DNA of 63,779 bases, filler included, from Hausera hauseri (Eukaryota), in the NCBI GenBank assembly GCA_046269625.1. It is 11 parts of 11 records of this genome, joined end to end, with 100 filler letters (N's around TTAATTAATTAA, not from the genome) between each part and the next. Parts side by side here need not be neighbours in the genome. Positions count along the whole stretch, not along the records: positions 20,935 to 25,418 come from JBJURY010558673.1; positions 25,519 to 35,181 come from JBJURY010318827.1; positions 35,282 to 40,402 come from JBJURY010329382.1; 8 more parts are not named here. The stretch is one strand, 5' to 3'. The position numbers and the translations under genes are program-made. Every line of letters begins with the position of its first letter. Within the stretch, counting starts at the first letter, position 1. Below are positions 24,332 to 37,695 of the stretch, in pieces. The notes under the pieces were generated by a model. It had not been told where the DNA came from. It made no database searches and saw only the letters and a program-made list of their open reading frames with translations.

Positions 24332-25518
24332 TACCCCAATATTTGTTAGTACTCATATAAGTTTTTGCATAAAATTTCTGGAAGAGCAATGTTTACCACT
24401 TACCAACAAATTATGTATAAATAAATTGAAATAATAAAAAAAGAAGACAAATTCAACACACAAATATATTTTTAAACATTAATAATAAAAAAAGTACCTT
24501 TATCATACTGATGACACAATTCAAAAGTTTTCACAGCCATCCACCTTCCCTATCAAATAATTAAAAATCATTAAAAAAGTTATTTTTAAAAATCAAAAGG
24601 CAAAATACAAGGCCCACACTCTTCTCCCCAGAAATTTTTACGAACTAGGTGGAATGAAGCATAGGCCAGGATATTAAAAATATTGTACATTATTTCATAT
24701 ATATATATATAAATGCAACCCTTCTAATAACAGGTAAGATTTCAGAATTTCAGTTTACTAATATCCTTATCTTAAGTATTACTATTATCCTTAAGTACAG
24801 GCAACTAAAAGCAAGTATTCTTTCGCTGCAACCATAAATACATATCTGAATTAAATTAAAATGTATGGCATAAAAGGGAAAGCTGTATCTAATAAATATT
24901 TAAATATTTTTAATATAAATAACACAGAAAAAATAAAGTTTCACAAGGGTCATTCCAGGTCAGTTCAATTAGGGCAGGTATCAACAAACTTCGGCTCACT
25001 AGCCACATGTGGCTCTTCAGGTGCTTACATTTGGCTCTTTAGGGGAACTCTAGTTCACATTCCAAACTTGTCTCAATATCAGCCAGAAAATAATACTCTC
25101 ATTAACAAAGATGATTTCAAGACAGCGGCTTTCATTACATGACAGAATTTATATTTCAAAGTCTTCAGGGACTTTGAACCGATAAAATGACTCTAGCTTT
25201 TATTACAACTCTTAATGTCAATGTGAATGAATTAAGTTTTTAGCTACTTAATATAGATATGGCTAATTTTGAAATACTGAATATCGTAAATACCATCTTT
25301 GGAAGTAACACAGACCTCTTCCCAATAAAAAATATCCGTATAAGAAAATATACCAGGTTGTCCCTAAAGTTCTGCACCATACAATCATCGAAATAAAAAG
25401 CAATGCTATCAGAAACACNNNNNNNNNNNNNNNNNNNNNNNNNNNNNNNNNNNNNNNNNNNNTTAATTAATTAANNNNNNNNNNNNNNNNNNNNNNNNNN
25501 NNNNNNNNNNNNNNNNNN

Positions 25519-26452
25519 TGTAGAATACTTTGTCTACAAGCAACATGCCAGTCGGACGTGGTTGGACTTTCATGCGGCTTGGTTGAAATCAAATAATATT
25601 GTCAACTCGTTTCTTAAAGCAAACAGCTTGCTTATACTTCTGCCTTCCAATATTAAGTAGCAACTTCCCAACTTGTCGGAAATTTTCCAAACCAGTGACC
25701 CATACAAAACACTTTTTAGCTACATTTTGAAAATCACGGAACCATCTTTGGATAATATTATCCACAAATATTTTAATGATAACACCATAGGCATATTGAA
25801 ACCCTCAGAATTTCTTCAGACCTCTCTAACTCAATTGAGTACTCTAGGCGTTAATCAAGCAAACAACGCCGATTTACTACGAAGATATTTTCTGCAGTCT
25901 TTACCTAGAGACATACGGGCGCTGTTGACCATAGCAGAGGACACATCGTCCCTACAAAAACTAACACAACTGGCTGACAAAAGCCACGATATATTACATG
26001 CACATGCAGGCCCATTAGTAGCCGCTACGCTACAAATACCAACAACTCATCAAGCTAGCGAAATAGCTAATCTGAACTCACAGATAAATTCTTTACGTTC
26101 TGAAAACGCCAACATACACCAAGAAATTTCTGAACTTACGTCAAAAATCGAAGCTTTGACCATGCCTAGATGAAATCGTTTCGATGCGAACCATAGCCGC
26201 ACTTCATCTCAAAATTCAAGGCATGGGAGGTTACCTACACGACCAATGGTGTGTTACTACCACATCAAATTCAGAAACAACTCGACTAAATGTTTCTTAC
26301 GTTGCAGATTTTATGCTCCCCATTTCAAATGATCCAACATCATATTTATATGCCATAATAAATTCAATTTTAAAGCACAGAACTGCATTACAGGTTGCAC
26401 TTTAGTTAATCGATCTAATCCATCACGAATTACTCTTCAAAAAAACTCATAA
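25519..26452 (+). pseudogene. gag: gag with two tandem CHCC zinc motifs
   Basis: ORF 25673-26173 continues in frame past stops to LQKNS*. Confidence 0.8.
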
Positions 26453-29400
26453 AGCCGACAAATGTTTTGGCGCATGCTGGCACAGGCAAACGTTTTCATA
26501 ATAGCCGTACTTATGCCGTTTTTATATTAAAAGCCTCTTTAACTTCCGAATTTAATGAATCAATTAACGTCCTAATAGATTCTGGGGTAGCTGTCTCCTT
26601 ATTACCACCATCCATTAAAACACCATCCATCTCATTATCTAACACCAAATTGTACACAGCTAATGCCCAAGCATAACGCATTTTCAGCACGTCCGAAGTT
26701 TTATTCACTTTACCACCATTCTACGACTTTTTAAATTGAACATTCCTCATTGCCGACACAAAATCTCCAATACTTGGGTCCGATTTCTTATCTTTATACA
26801 ACCTCCTTGTACATAGTAGACAACGTCGGATCATCAAAACAGTTCAACAAAACCGACCTCTACAAATAACCAACCGTTCACACAACCTCTCTCGCCTATA
26901 AAATCAATATTAAAAGAACCATCAACCAACGCAAATACGAACGCCATTAATACCAATATAAATAATCCAACGTTTTTTTGCAGTCCGGTAATAGAGAAAC
27001 ACAAGGCATTGACAAGGACAATTTAGTCGACTCAATTTCCAGCGTTTCTCACACTAAATCCAATCAAGCCACTGCCGTGACAACAACAGCCTTTACTACA
27101 CTTAGCCAGGAAATGCAACAATCTTTAACCAAGTCTTGTTTTCACACAATAAAGAGACCCAGCATTTCGACCAGCCAACACGATGCTTCATCATATCATC
27201 ACAGAAAATCCTAGGCCCGTTAGGCAAAAACTCCGCTCACTTTCACCACGCCGTCGACAGTCAGTCCAATCGGAATTTTCTGCAATCGAGCAAGCTGGAA
27301 TAATAAAACGGTCAAAATCACCCTGGGCATTACCACTCCATGTCGTCCCAAAAAAAGATGACACATTCCATCCATGCGGCTATTATCGCCAACTTAATAA
27401 CGTCACTATCATGGATGCTTATTCTTTATCTTTGATTAAGGATATATTGCATTCTTTACACAAGACCACAATTTATTCGACCATAGATCTTGAAAAGTCT
27501 ACCACCAAATACCGGTAGCTCCCGAAGACATCCCAAAGACTTCCATAATAACACCTTTTGGTCTTTTCAAATGCGCATTTATGCCGTTCGGTTTAAAGAA
27601 CGCAGCACAAACCTTTCAACGGCACATTGCTTTAGTTCTTCAGGCTTGCCATTTGTGTATCCGTACATTGGTGACATACTAGTCGCATCAACATCGTTCA
27701 AACAACACGAGAAACATCTCAGACTAGTTTTTCAACGTTTACACAATTACAATTTACAAGTAAACTTTTCTACGTGTTTTTTTTCAGAAAAAGGTCAATT
27801 TCCTTGGCCACTTCATCACACCTGATGGTCACAGTCCACAGCCTGATAGAATCCATCAGCTACGAAACATCGAGCTACTCAAAACCACTACTGATATGCG
27901 TAGTTTCCTTGAGACTTTACATTTTCTACATAAATACGTCCCACACTGTAGCAAGTTAACTGTTCCTTCCGCTCAACTAGGTGCAGAGCCGAAAAATAAG
28001 CTTATATATTGGACACCAGAAATTGTTAACCAATTGGATAAACTCCGCGACAAGCTTAAAACGATTGAGATTTTAGCTTACCCAAATCCTGATGCTGACC
28101 TTATCTTATCAACCGACGCATCAACCACAGCGGTAGGAGCTGTTCTTCATCAAATATCTCAAGGTATAAATGAGCCGTTAAAATTCTTTTCACGCAAGTT
28201 GCAGCCACAAAAACACCGTTATCCCACCTTCGATAGAGAACTCGTGGCTATTGTTTTAGCTCTGAAACATTTTTCACATTTGCTAGTCGCTCGTTCCTTC
28301 ACTATTTAAACGGATCACAAATCTCTCGTTCACGTAATGAACATGAAACAACCAACACTGCGACAAGAACGCCATATATCATATTTGTCAACATTCAACT
28401 TTAAAATTTACCATATTTCTGGCACAGACAATTTAATAACAGATTTTCTGTCACGGTCAGTCGGTGCAATCAGCGTCACGCCTATATTCTCCAAGAAACA
28501 ACTGATCCAAAATTCCCCTTTCACTGAAATTCCAAAACAATACAAATCCGTTCAAATCATCCATGGAATAGCCATGGACACTTCGGCACCTGGACAACAT
28601 TTACAAATTGTAGCACCTTCAATTCAACAAACAGCATTTAACAATATTCACTCGTTGTATCACCCAGATTCAAAGGCTACATTTCGCCTTCTCAAACACC
28701 AAGTAACATGGCCATCAATGAGGTCTGACGTACAGAGCTGGGTTAAACAATGCGTATCTTGCCAAAAATTTAAAGTAGCTAAGCATCTCAAGCCACCTTT
28801 GTTTTATTTCCACTGCACGTCCCGTTTGGAATCTGTACATCTAGATATCGTCGGTCCATTACATTTCGATAACGGCCACCAATTCATTTTAACAATGATG
28901 GACCGCGCGTCTCATTGACTTAATGCCATCCCTTTGCGCTCCATCAATATAGACTCCATAGCCGATGCATTCATAAAGATTTGGATTAACCGGTTCGGTT
29001 CACCTCGCTATATAATTATAGACCAAGGTCCTCATTTTGAATCGAACATATTCAAGGCTTTAGTTAATCGACTAGGCATAAATCACATACAAACAACTCC
29101 ACATTATTCCCAGTCGAACGGCTTATTGGGACGATTTCACCGCACATTTAAAATCTCCCTAAAAATCCTGGCCGAAACTCACACGAATTGGACAACCATC
29201 ATTCCTTTCGTATTAATTGGGTGGCGTAACGCCCTGTCTACTACCACCGGTTGCGCACCCGCTGAAGCACTCTTTGGTACCACAATTCGTGCACTCTTTG
29301 AACTCACCGATCTGGACAACACACTAACTGACGAAACAATTAGGTCTGCACAAAATCACTTCGTTCAGCTAAGCCAGGATTCTTTCTTTAAAATAGTACA

Positions 29401-29770
29401 TGGAGACAAAATATACTTACCTGATTCACTATACAATGCAAAGTTTGTATGGTTAAAAAACCCTTCACCGTCCGGTTTCCAACCAAACTACTTAGGACCA
29501 TTTAAAGTCCTCAACGTTACCTCACACACAGGTACGATATTAAAAAATGATAAAGAACAAAATGTTCACATAACTAACGTAAAACTTGCATTTTTTGTTA
29601 ATGATACACCAGATCTCTCAGCTGAGCCTTCAGAAACCTTTCTCGACTCCTTCAATTTTTCCGCTGTTCTACTTCCACGACAACCTGATATTTCAAAACC
29701 CGTATCAATACAAAAAACTACACTAAACGACGTACCGACCAGTTCTACAGCAGCCGATATGTCCAATTAA
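26440..29770 (+). pseudogene. pol: pol (PR-RT-RNase H-IN) in the -1 frame relative to gag
   Basis: ORF-track fragments 26467-29770 carry the domain motifs in gypsy order. An A AAA AAC slippery site is at 26440-26446. Confidence 0.9.
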
Positions 29771-30905
29771 AATTTAATTTCATCTCAACCATCTCAACAG
29801 ACAATTATACAGCATGTTAAACAAAGCAAGATGGTTACTTTCAGCAAATACAGAAGAGGAAAAAATACCGATAAAATTCAACGTCTCGTCCATACAAAGA
29901 CCCATTAGTTAGCTTACACCATTCTGCTTTGTCTGCTTACTTTCTCCTTTCTACATTTTATCTTCTTACAGCCTTGTTTTCGTAACGGGAGGTAGTGTGG
30001 TGCTGCGGAATCGGGCGCCACTACAGTCTACAATTCCATATTGTCGAAAAACGTATGGTGTTTGTAAACGAAATGCAAAAACCAGATGACAATGTATCCT
30101 AATCCTACATAAAAACATAATTAATTGAATATGTTACTGTGTAAATATGACGACAATCACTCTCTCAACATTTCTCCGTTTGATAACCGTCAATTTTCAC
30201 TTCAGAAGAGAAAATCGGATTTTTACTATCAAATTAACAATTCTCAACGATTTCAGTCTTCAAATCCGAGCTATGTTCACACAAATCATTTGCGGCTGAT
30301 GAAGCCTACATGAACAAGAGAGTCGTCAAGGACGAATTCGATTGCGCAATAGTCAATATAACAATTGAGAATGATGGTTGCATGTACTGAAGTCTAGGTG
30401 CTCCCACAAAATTGAAAACGAAAACGAGCGTCTTAGAAATGCTTCCCTTAATTAACTGTCAAGAGAAAGACTTCAATGAGAAAGGAAATTGTTTTAGGTT
30501 TATACATTCTCTCTGGGTGTTTTGAGACATTTAGCGGCAGAAATCGAATGAAAATAGTAGCTTTAACAAACGACTGTTCCGGAACATCTGGTTAATAACG
30601 CGGATCAGTACATCTATTCATAAGACGGTTTTTTGTTTTGAAGATTAATTGGCAGTTAAAGAGGAAATTTTTATGAACAATCATTGATCAGTTTGATTAT
30701 TTTTTGGATGTTATTCTAAGAGCTACTATGATTTTTAACAGTCAGTTTCTTTTTTATGAAAGTTTTTATTATAGGCTATTAAAAATAGACTTGTAAATAT
30801 AGCGATTGAAAATCAATATTTTGTAGTTTAAAGGAAATAAACGTTTGTTATAAAAGTGTTATCATACTTACATTTCGGGATTTATATATATATATATTAG
30901 TGATT

Positions 30906-33900
30906 CCAGCCGGACGTGGTTAGACTTTCATGCGGCTTGGTTGAAATCAGATAATATTGTCGACTCGTTTCTTAAAGCAAACAGTTTGCTTATACTGTCG
31001 CCTTCTAGCATTAAGTCGCAGCTTCCCAATTTATCAGAAATTTTCCAAAGTAGTGACCCATATAAAACCTCTTTAACTCTATTTTAAAAATCACCGAACC
31101 ATCCCTAGATAACATTATCCGTAAATATTTTAATGACAACAGGGTAGGAACATTGAAACCCTCAGAATTTCTACAAACCTCACTAACTCAATTGAGTACC
31201 CTTGGCGTTAATCAAGCAAATAACGCCGATTTACTACGCAGATATTTTCTACAGTCTTTACCAAGAGACATACGCGCACTATTGGCAATAGTAGAGGACA
31301 CATCATCACTACAAAAACTAGCACAACTGGCTGAAAAAAGCCATGAGATTTTACATGCACATACAGCCCCTTTAGTAGCCGCTGCGTTACATACACCAAC
31401 AACTCAACAAGCTAGCGACATAACTAATCTGAACTCACAGATAAATTCTTTGAGTGCCGAAAACGCCAACATACTTCAAGCAATTTCTGCACTCACGTCA
31501 AAAATCAAAGCTTTGGTCATGCCTAGACGAAATCGTTTCGATGCGAACCATAGCAGCACCTCATCTCAAAATTCAAGGAATGCGAGGTCACCTATACGGT
31601 CAATGGTGTGCTACTACCACAGCAAATTTAAAGACAACTCAACTAAATGCTGCCTAGGTTTCAGATTTTATGCTCCTCATTTCAAACGACCCGACATTAT
31701 TTGCATTTACCATAACAAATTCAATTCTAAAGCACATAACTGCGTTACAGGTTGAACTTTCGTTAACCGATCTAATTCACCACGACCTACTTTTTTCAAC
31801 GACATACATCCCGTGCCTCCAAAAAAACTCATAAAGCCGCCAGATGTTTAGGCACATGCTGGCACAGGCAAATGTTTTTCTTATGATAGCCGTACGTATG
31901 CCGTTTTTACATTAAAAGCATCTTTAACCTCCGATCCTAATCAATTAATCAACTTCCTAATTGACTCCGGTGCAGCTGTTTCTTTATTACCAGCATCCAT
32001 CAAAACACTATCCATCTCTCCCTCCAAGACAAAATTGTATACAGCTAACGGCCAAGAATTACGCATTTTCGGTACGTCCAAGGTTTCATTCATTTTACCA
32101 CAATTCTCCGACATTTTCAATTGGACATTCATCGTTGCCGACACACAATCTCCAATACTTGGGTCTGATTTCTTAACTTTATACAATCTCCTCGTAGATT
32201 GTAGACAACGTCAGATAATCAAAAGAGGTTCAACAAAACCGACCTCTGCAGATAACCAACCGATCATGCAACCTATCTCGCCTATAAAATCGATATTAAA
32301 AGAACCATCGGCCAACGCAAATAATAACGTCATTAATACCAATATAAATAATCCAACGTTTTGTTGCAGTTCGGTAATAGAGGAACAAAAAACGTTCACA
32401 ATGACGATTTAGGCGACTCGATTTCTAGCGTTTCTCACACTAAATCCAATCAGTCCACTGCCATAACAACAACAGCCTTTACTACAATTAACCAAGAAAT
32501 GCAACAATATCTAACCAAATCTTGTATCCATACAATTAAAAAAGACCCAGCATTTCGACCGGCTAACACGACGCTTCATCATATCATCACAGAAAGCCTT
32601 AGGCCCGTTAGGCAGAAACTCCGTCCACTTTTACCACGCAGTCGACAAGCAGTATAAGCGGAATTCTCTGCACTTGAGCAAACTGGCATTATGAAACGCT
32701 CTAAATTACCATGGGCATCACCATTCCCCGTCGCCCCAAAGAAAGATGGTACATTCCGTCCATGCGGTGACTATTGAAAACTTAATAATGTCACAACCAT
32801 GGATGCTTATCCTATACCGTTGATTAAGGATATATTTCATTCTTTACACAAGACTACGATTTATTCAACCATAGATCTCGAAAAAGCCTACCATCAAATA
32901 CCAGTAGCACCAGAATACATCCCAAAAACGGCCATTATAACACCTTTTGGTCTTTTCGAATACGCATTCATGCCGTTCGGTTTAAATAACGCAGCACAAA
33001 CTTTCCAACGGCACATTGATTCAGTTCTTTCAGGCTTGCCATTTGTATATCCATACATTAATAATATACTAGTCGCATCGGCATCGCCCAAACAACACGA
33101 AGAACGTCTTAAATTAGTTTTTCAACGCTTGCAATTTGTAAGTGAACTTTTCTAAGTGTTCATTCTTCCAAAAGAAGTCAATTTCCTTGGCCACGTTATC
33201 ACACCTGACGGTCACAGTCCATAGCATGATAGAATTCATCAATTACGAAACATCGAACTACCCAAAACCACTACTGATATGCGTAGTTTCTTTGGGACTT
33301 TACATTTTGTCTATAAATACGTCCCACACTGTAGCCAGTTAACTGCTCCTTTCGCTCAACTAGGAGCAGGGCCGAAGTAAAAGCTCATATATTGGACGCA
33401 AGAACTTATTAACCAGTTCGATGAACCTCGCGACAAGCTCAAAACAGTCGAGATTTTAGCCTACCCAAAACCTGATGCTGACCTCATTTTAACAATCGAT
33501 GCATCAACTACAGCAGTAGGAGCGGTTCTTCATCAAATATCTCAAGGTATAAACGAACCGTTAGAATTCTTTTCACGCAAGCTGCAGCCACAAGAACGCC
33601 ATTATTCTACCTTCGATATAGAACTTCTGGCTTTTCTTTTAACTCTGAAACATTTTTCACATTTGCTTATCGCTCGTTCCTTCATCATTCAAACTGACCA
33701 CAAATCTCTCTTTCACGTAATGAACATGAAACAACCATCACTGCGACGAGAACACCATATCTCATATCTGTCAACATTCAACTTCAAAATTTGCCATATT
33801 TCTGGCACAGACAATTTAATAGCTGATTTCTTATCGCGGTCAGTTGGAGCAATTAGCGTCACACCAATTTTCCCAAAGGACCAGTTAATCCAAAATCCAC

Positions 33901-35181
33901 TTCCAATGAAATTCAGAAACAATATAAATCCGTGCAAATCATCGATGGAATAACCATGGATACTTCGACACCTGGATAACATTTGCCAATTTTGGCATCT
34001 CCCCTCCAACAAACTGCATTTCAACATGTTCATTCTTTGCATCACCCAGGTTCCAAGGCTATATTCCGCCTCCTCAAACGTTATGTAACATGGTCATCAG
34101 TGAGGTCTGACGTACAGAGCTGGGTTAGGCAATACGTAGCTTGCCAAAAGTTCAAGGTAGCAAAATATCTTAAGCCACCATTATTTCATTTCCCCTGTAC
34201 ATCCCACTTTGTCTCAGTTCACATAGATATCGTTGGCCCATTACCTTCCTATAACGGCCACCAAATCATCTTAACAATGATGGATTGCGCATCTCGTTGG
34301 CCGGAAGCCGTCCCTTTGCGCTCCATCAATATAGACTCGATTGCAATGCATTCATAAGGAGTTGGATTAGCCGGTTCGGTTCATCTCGCTACATAATTAC
34401 AGACCAAGGTCCTCAATTTGAGTCGAATCTATTCAAGTCTTTAGTTAATCGACTGGACACAAATCACGTACACACAACTCCATATCATCCCCAGTCGAAT
34501 GGCTTATTGGAACGCTTCCATCGCACTCTCAAAATCTCGTTAAAAATCCTGGCCGAAACTCATAAGAATTGGACAACCATCCTCCCTTTTGTTTTACTCG
34601 AGTGGAGCAACACGCCGTCTACTATTACCGGTTGCGCACCCGCTGAAGCACTTTTCGGTACCACAATTCGCGCACTCTTTGAACTCACCAATTTGGACAA
34701 CACACCAACTAACGAAATAATTAGGTCTGCACAAAGCCACTTTGTCCAGTTAAGCCAGGATTCTTTCTGCAAAATATTACATGGTGACAAAACATACTTA
34801 CCCGACTCGCTATTTAATGCAAAGTTCGTGTGGATAAAAAATCCTTCACCTTCCGGATTTCAACCAAACTACTTAGGACCATACAAAATTCTAAATTTAA
34901 CTTCACACATGGTTACAATACTCAAAAGTGGCAAAGAACAAAATGTGCAAATATCTAACGTAAAACCTGTCTTTTTCGTTAATGACACACAGGATCCAAC
35001 AACTAACTCTGCACATACCTTCCTTGACTCCTTCCATCCTTCTTCTGTTCTACCTCCATGACAACCTGCTGTTCCAAAACCCGCATCAATACAACAGACT
35101 ACGTTAAACGACATACCGACTACTTCTCAAGCTGCTGACACGTCAAATCAAAATTTAACTTTATACCAACCAACTCAGCAA
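30906..35181 (+). mobile_element. CsRN1-like gypsy copy 2 (5' truncated, runs to the spacer)
   Basis: Colinear with copy 1 from CCAG.CGGACGTGGTT.GACTTTC. FLIDSGA, LYTANG, WTFIVAD, AYHQIPVAPE, MPFGLNNAAQTFQR, YINN (degenerate YxDD), HIDIVGPLP, TDQGPQFES, NGLLERFHR. Confidence 0.92.
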
Positions 35182-35281
35182 NNNNNNNNNNNNNNNNNNN
35201 NNNNNNNNNNNNNNNNNNNNNNNNNTTAATTAATTAANNNNNNNNNNNNNNNNNNNNNNNNNNNNNNNNNNNNNNNNNNNN

Positions 35282-36280
35282 TATTAGCACTGATGACGAT
35301 GTATCCGGTTAAATATTTGATTAGTTCAATTCGTACATCCTCTTCATCTTCAGCTTGCAGGATTATAGAGAGAGATAATCCGTGTATATGCTCGTTTGTG
35401 TTTGATATCTTTCTTCTGGTCTTTTGTAAAATATTGGTTCTTCTAAGCTGGCATTTTCATCTATGTGTTGGCAAATTTCTACTCCCATAACTACAGGAGT
35501 TAGTAATATCTTGAAATAGATTTCTGTTTGGAATGCTGGATATTTGATCCTTAGTGACATTTTCGGTTCCAAAATGGAATTTTGAGGGTAAAGAGCATCA
35601 TAACAATCGGATTGTGCTCGAAATTGTATTACGCCACGAGCTAAATGTATTAAAACTTTTTCAAAAGGTGGTTGTAGGTGTAATAGCTCTTTTAAATTGA
35701 TATTGTAACGTGCTTCTTCTATTTTTAAGATTCGGAACATTCTATCGTTAATCGTTGAACTTTTTAGATCATTATCAATATATTTGCTGTCTGTATACAG
35801 GACATCCGTTGAATTTTCTGTTTGTTTGATCAATTGGGCATAAAATTTTGATGGATACAAGTTTTTTGAAATGTCGAATATTAAAATGGATTTGCCATAC
35901 AATTCTTGCCAGGATCTATTTTGCAATCGATATTTTTCGCTATCTTGTAAATTTTCTAAAATTTGGGACTGTAATTTCAATTTCTTATTTTCTGGTAAAT
36001 CATCAATATTGATCGCCTTCTTTCTTACTTCTTGTAATGGCTTCGTTGTTCTTATTTCAGTAAATGAGGCTGTATTGCACAAGATTCCTCTTGTTAATCC
36101 AAATCTCTGAGTTGGATTTTGAAACGTGAAGGTGTTTGTAAATTGTTTTGTAGGTAGTATAACCCTTCTCTTAGGGTTAGGGACTACCGTTTCAGTGGAA
36201 TTATCTGAATCGTTATCAGATCCGTCCAAGTCAATATCTGTTTCTTCTGACTGGTTCTCTGCTATTTGAAAATGATTCAT
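35282..36280 (-). pseudogene. Accessory ORF of a divergent subfamily of the complex gypsy (305 open codons, then a DEDDh-like segment in a shifted frame)
   Basis: LKELLHLQPPFEKVLIHLARGVIQFR aligns with LRNLLRFELGHHNDVYIHLAEGEVYYR (ORF 18384-19037). The shifted frame reads RRKISNTNEHIHGLSLSIILQAEDEEDVRIELIKYLTGYIVISAN. Confidence 0.65.
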
Positions 36281-36289
36281 TTTGCTGAA

Positions 36290-37020
36290 AAAGGAAATAA
36301 TAATGTAGCGGGTCATATTTAAGGGCCCGTTAAAGGGGTAGGTGGTTACCCCACTATGTTTTTTCATTGGTGTAATTGTGTTATTAAGGTACTGCAAATC
36401 TATTGGTTGAGATTTGCTTTCATCTTTTGCTGTGTGTGTTAGCGCTATTGTTTTATAGTGTGTGTGTAATTTTGTATATTTATGTTTTAGATCAATTTTT
36501 TCATATTCCTCAACGTCGACTATCCACTCCACACTTACTAAGTAAATTAGGTTAGTTGACAGTAACAAGGTCTTATTCATGATAGTTCTTTTTCTAGAAT
36601 ATCTTTTTAACTCCATTATTACAAAGGGTGTGGATATGGACAGTAAAAGAAATATTATTATTATGGACGGTACCAGGATTTTTAACATATTAGTTTGGAT
36701 GCTAGAACTAGTAGTTAATCGCGTTGGTGTATAAACTAGAAATTCTTTATGTAGTAAATACTTTTTGGTTCTCGTTTGAGTTCTAGTTGTTTGTGTCGTG
36801 TTTTTGCATAATTTTGGGTGAAAACAATCAAATATTCATCATCAGGTTGGAGGTCATTACATCTGGTCATTCGTTCGTACTCTTTTATGATGGCGTATAT
36901 ACTATGATATTTTCCTACACAAGTTATGGATATTGGATCTTTTACTAATTGTAAGGTTTTAAACTCAATATATAAATCTGAGGGACTGACAATTACTTCA
37001 GGTATTTTGTGCATGTCCGA
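36290..37020 (-). pseudogene. C-terminal part of the FN3-like type I membrane protein (ectodomain, S/T stalk, TM, basic tail)
   Basis: PISITC...TRCNDLQPDDEYLIVF; TTSSSIQTNMLKILVPSIIIIFLLLSISTPFVIMELKRYSRKR. Confidence 0.58.
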
Positions 37021-37249
37021 TTGGTATTTTAAAATGGTTTACACTTAGGTTCAGCAACAATTACATATCATTATCAGGATAAATGTAATTAATTTTGTAT
37101 TTTTTGGAAGCCTGTACGAAATCCAAACTATAGGTCAATTTAATTTTATTACACTAAGACGTTCTACTTATGATCAATAACAATAAAAATTGGCCCCATA
37201 TTACAAGGTCTAAATGTATGGCAATTACTTAAATTTCATACAGTTCTGA

Positions 37250-37530
37250 GAAATACTATCTATAAATCATGGTCGGCCATATTTTCATATAATCGAAGTC
37301 AAAATAAAAGTTTGGAAGGACTTCCATCAGAATATAGTATAAATGTATTCATGGTTAATTGAAAGGAGATAAAAAACCATAATCTCGTGTTGGTGAATAT
37401 GTAAGAATTTCTAAAAGTAGAATTACACTAACTGAAAAGTTCGATATCAATTTGAGTGATAAATTGGTTAGGATCAGCACGGTAAATAATATATAAATGA
37501 GAGTCTTTTAAGGGATTGTTGACGAAGCAG
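37250..37530 (+). pseudogene. Maverick integrase C-terminal remnant
   Basis: SYNRSQNKSLEGLPSE and RVGEYVRISKSRITLTEKFDINLSDKLVRI. Confidence 0.55.
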
Positions 37531-37533
37531 AGG

Positions 37534-37695
37534 AGTAAGTAAATAGGAGTGCATGAAATCAGACCCCCCCAGGGAAGGAAAATGGGTGTGGTTTGGAGAT
37601 GAGTCATGGGGTAGAAAAAATGATACACACATACACGTTTAATAGAGCGGAGATAGGAGGCACACAGTGAGAAAGTGTATACACACAAGCATGTG
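37534..37695 (+). repeat. Maverick-type terminus, family 2 (AGTA(A)GTA...), homologous to the reverse complement of 49910-50051
   Basis: Shared GATGAGTCATGGGGTAGAAAAAA.GATACACACA..CACG.TTAATAG.GCGGAGATAGGAG.CACACAGT.AGAA. Confidence 0.68.

Larger units (their letters stand above)
25519..30025 (+). mobile_element. Ty3/gypsy LTR retrotransposon, CsRN1-like clade, copy 1 (decayed gag-pol, PPT, LTR remnant)
   Basis: gag KPSEFL..FLQSLP and CHCC motifs; PR LIDSG; RT SPWALPLHVVPKKD, YPYIGD; RH TDAS..FDREL; IN H..H..C..C, HLDIVGPL, DQGPHF, GPF. PPT GGGAGGTAG then TGTGG at 29996. Confidence 0.92.

Noticed and set aside
24861-25142. 93-aa ORF in the AT-rich contig
   Set aside because: No recognisable motif; probably chance in intron-like or intergenic DNA.
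30026-30905. Spacer between the two CsRN1-like copies as a shared LTR
   Set aside because: No clear CA end or canonical PBS before copy 2, which starts within gag.
35363-36688. 441-aa ORF as one secreted protein
   Set aside because: Its N-terminal hydrophobic stretch is better explained as the TM of the upstream membrane protein. A splice acceptor + ATG at 36280 and the homologue in 18384-19372 suggest two genes, though read-through fusion is not excluded.
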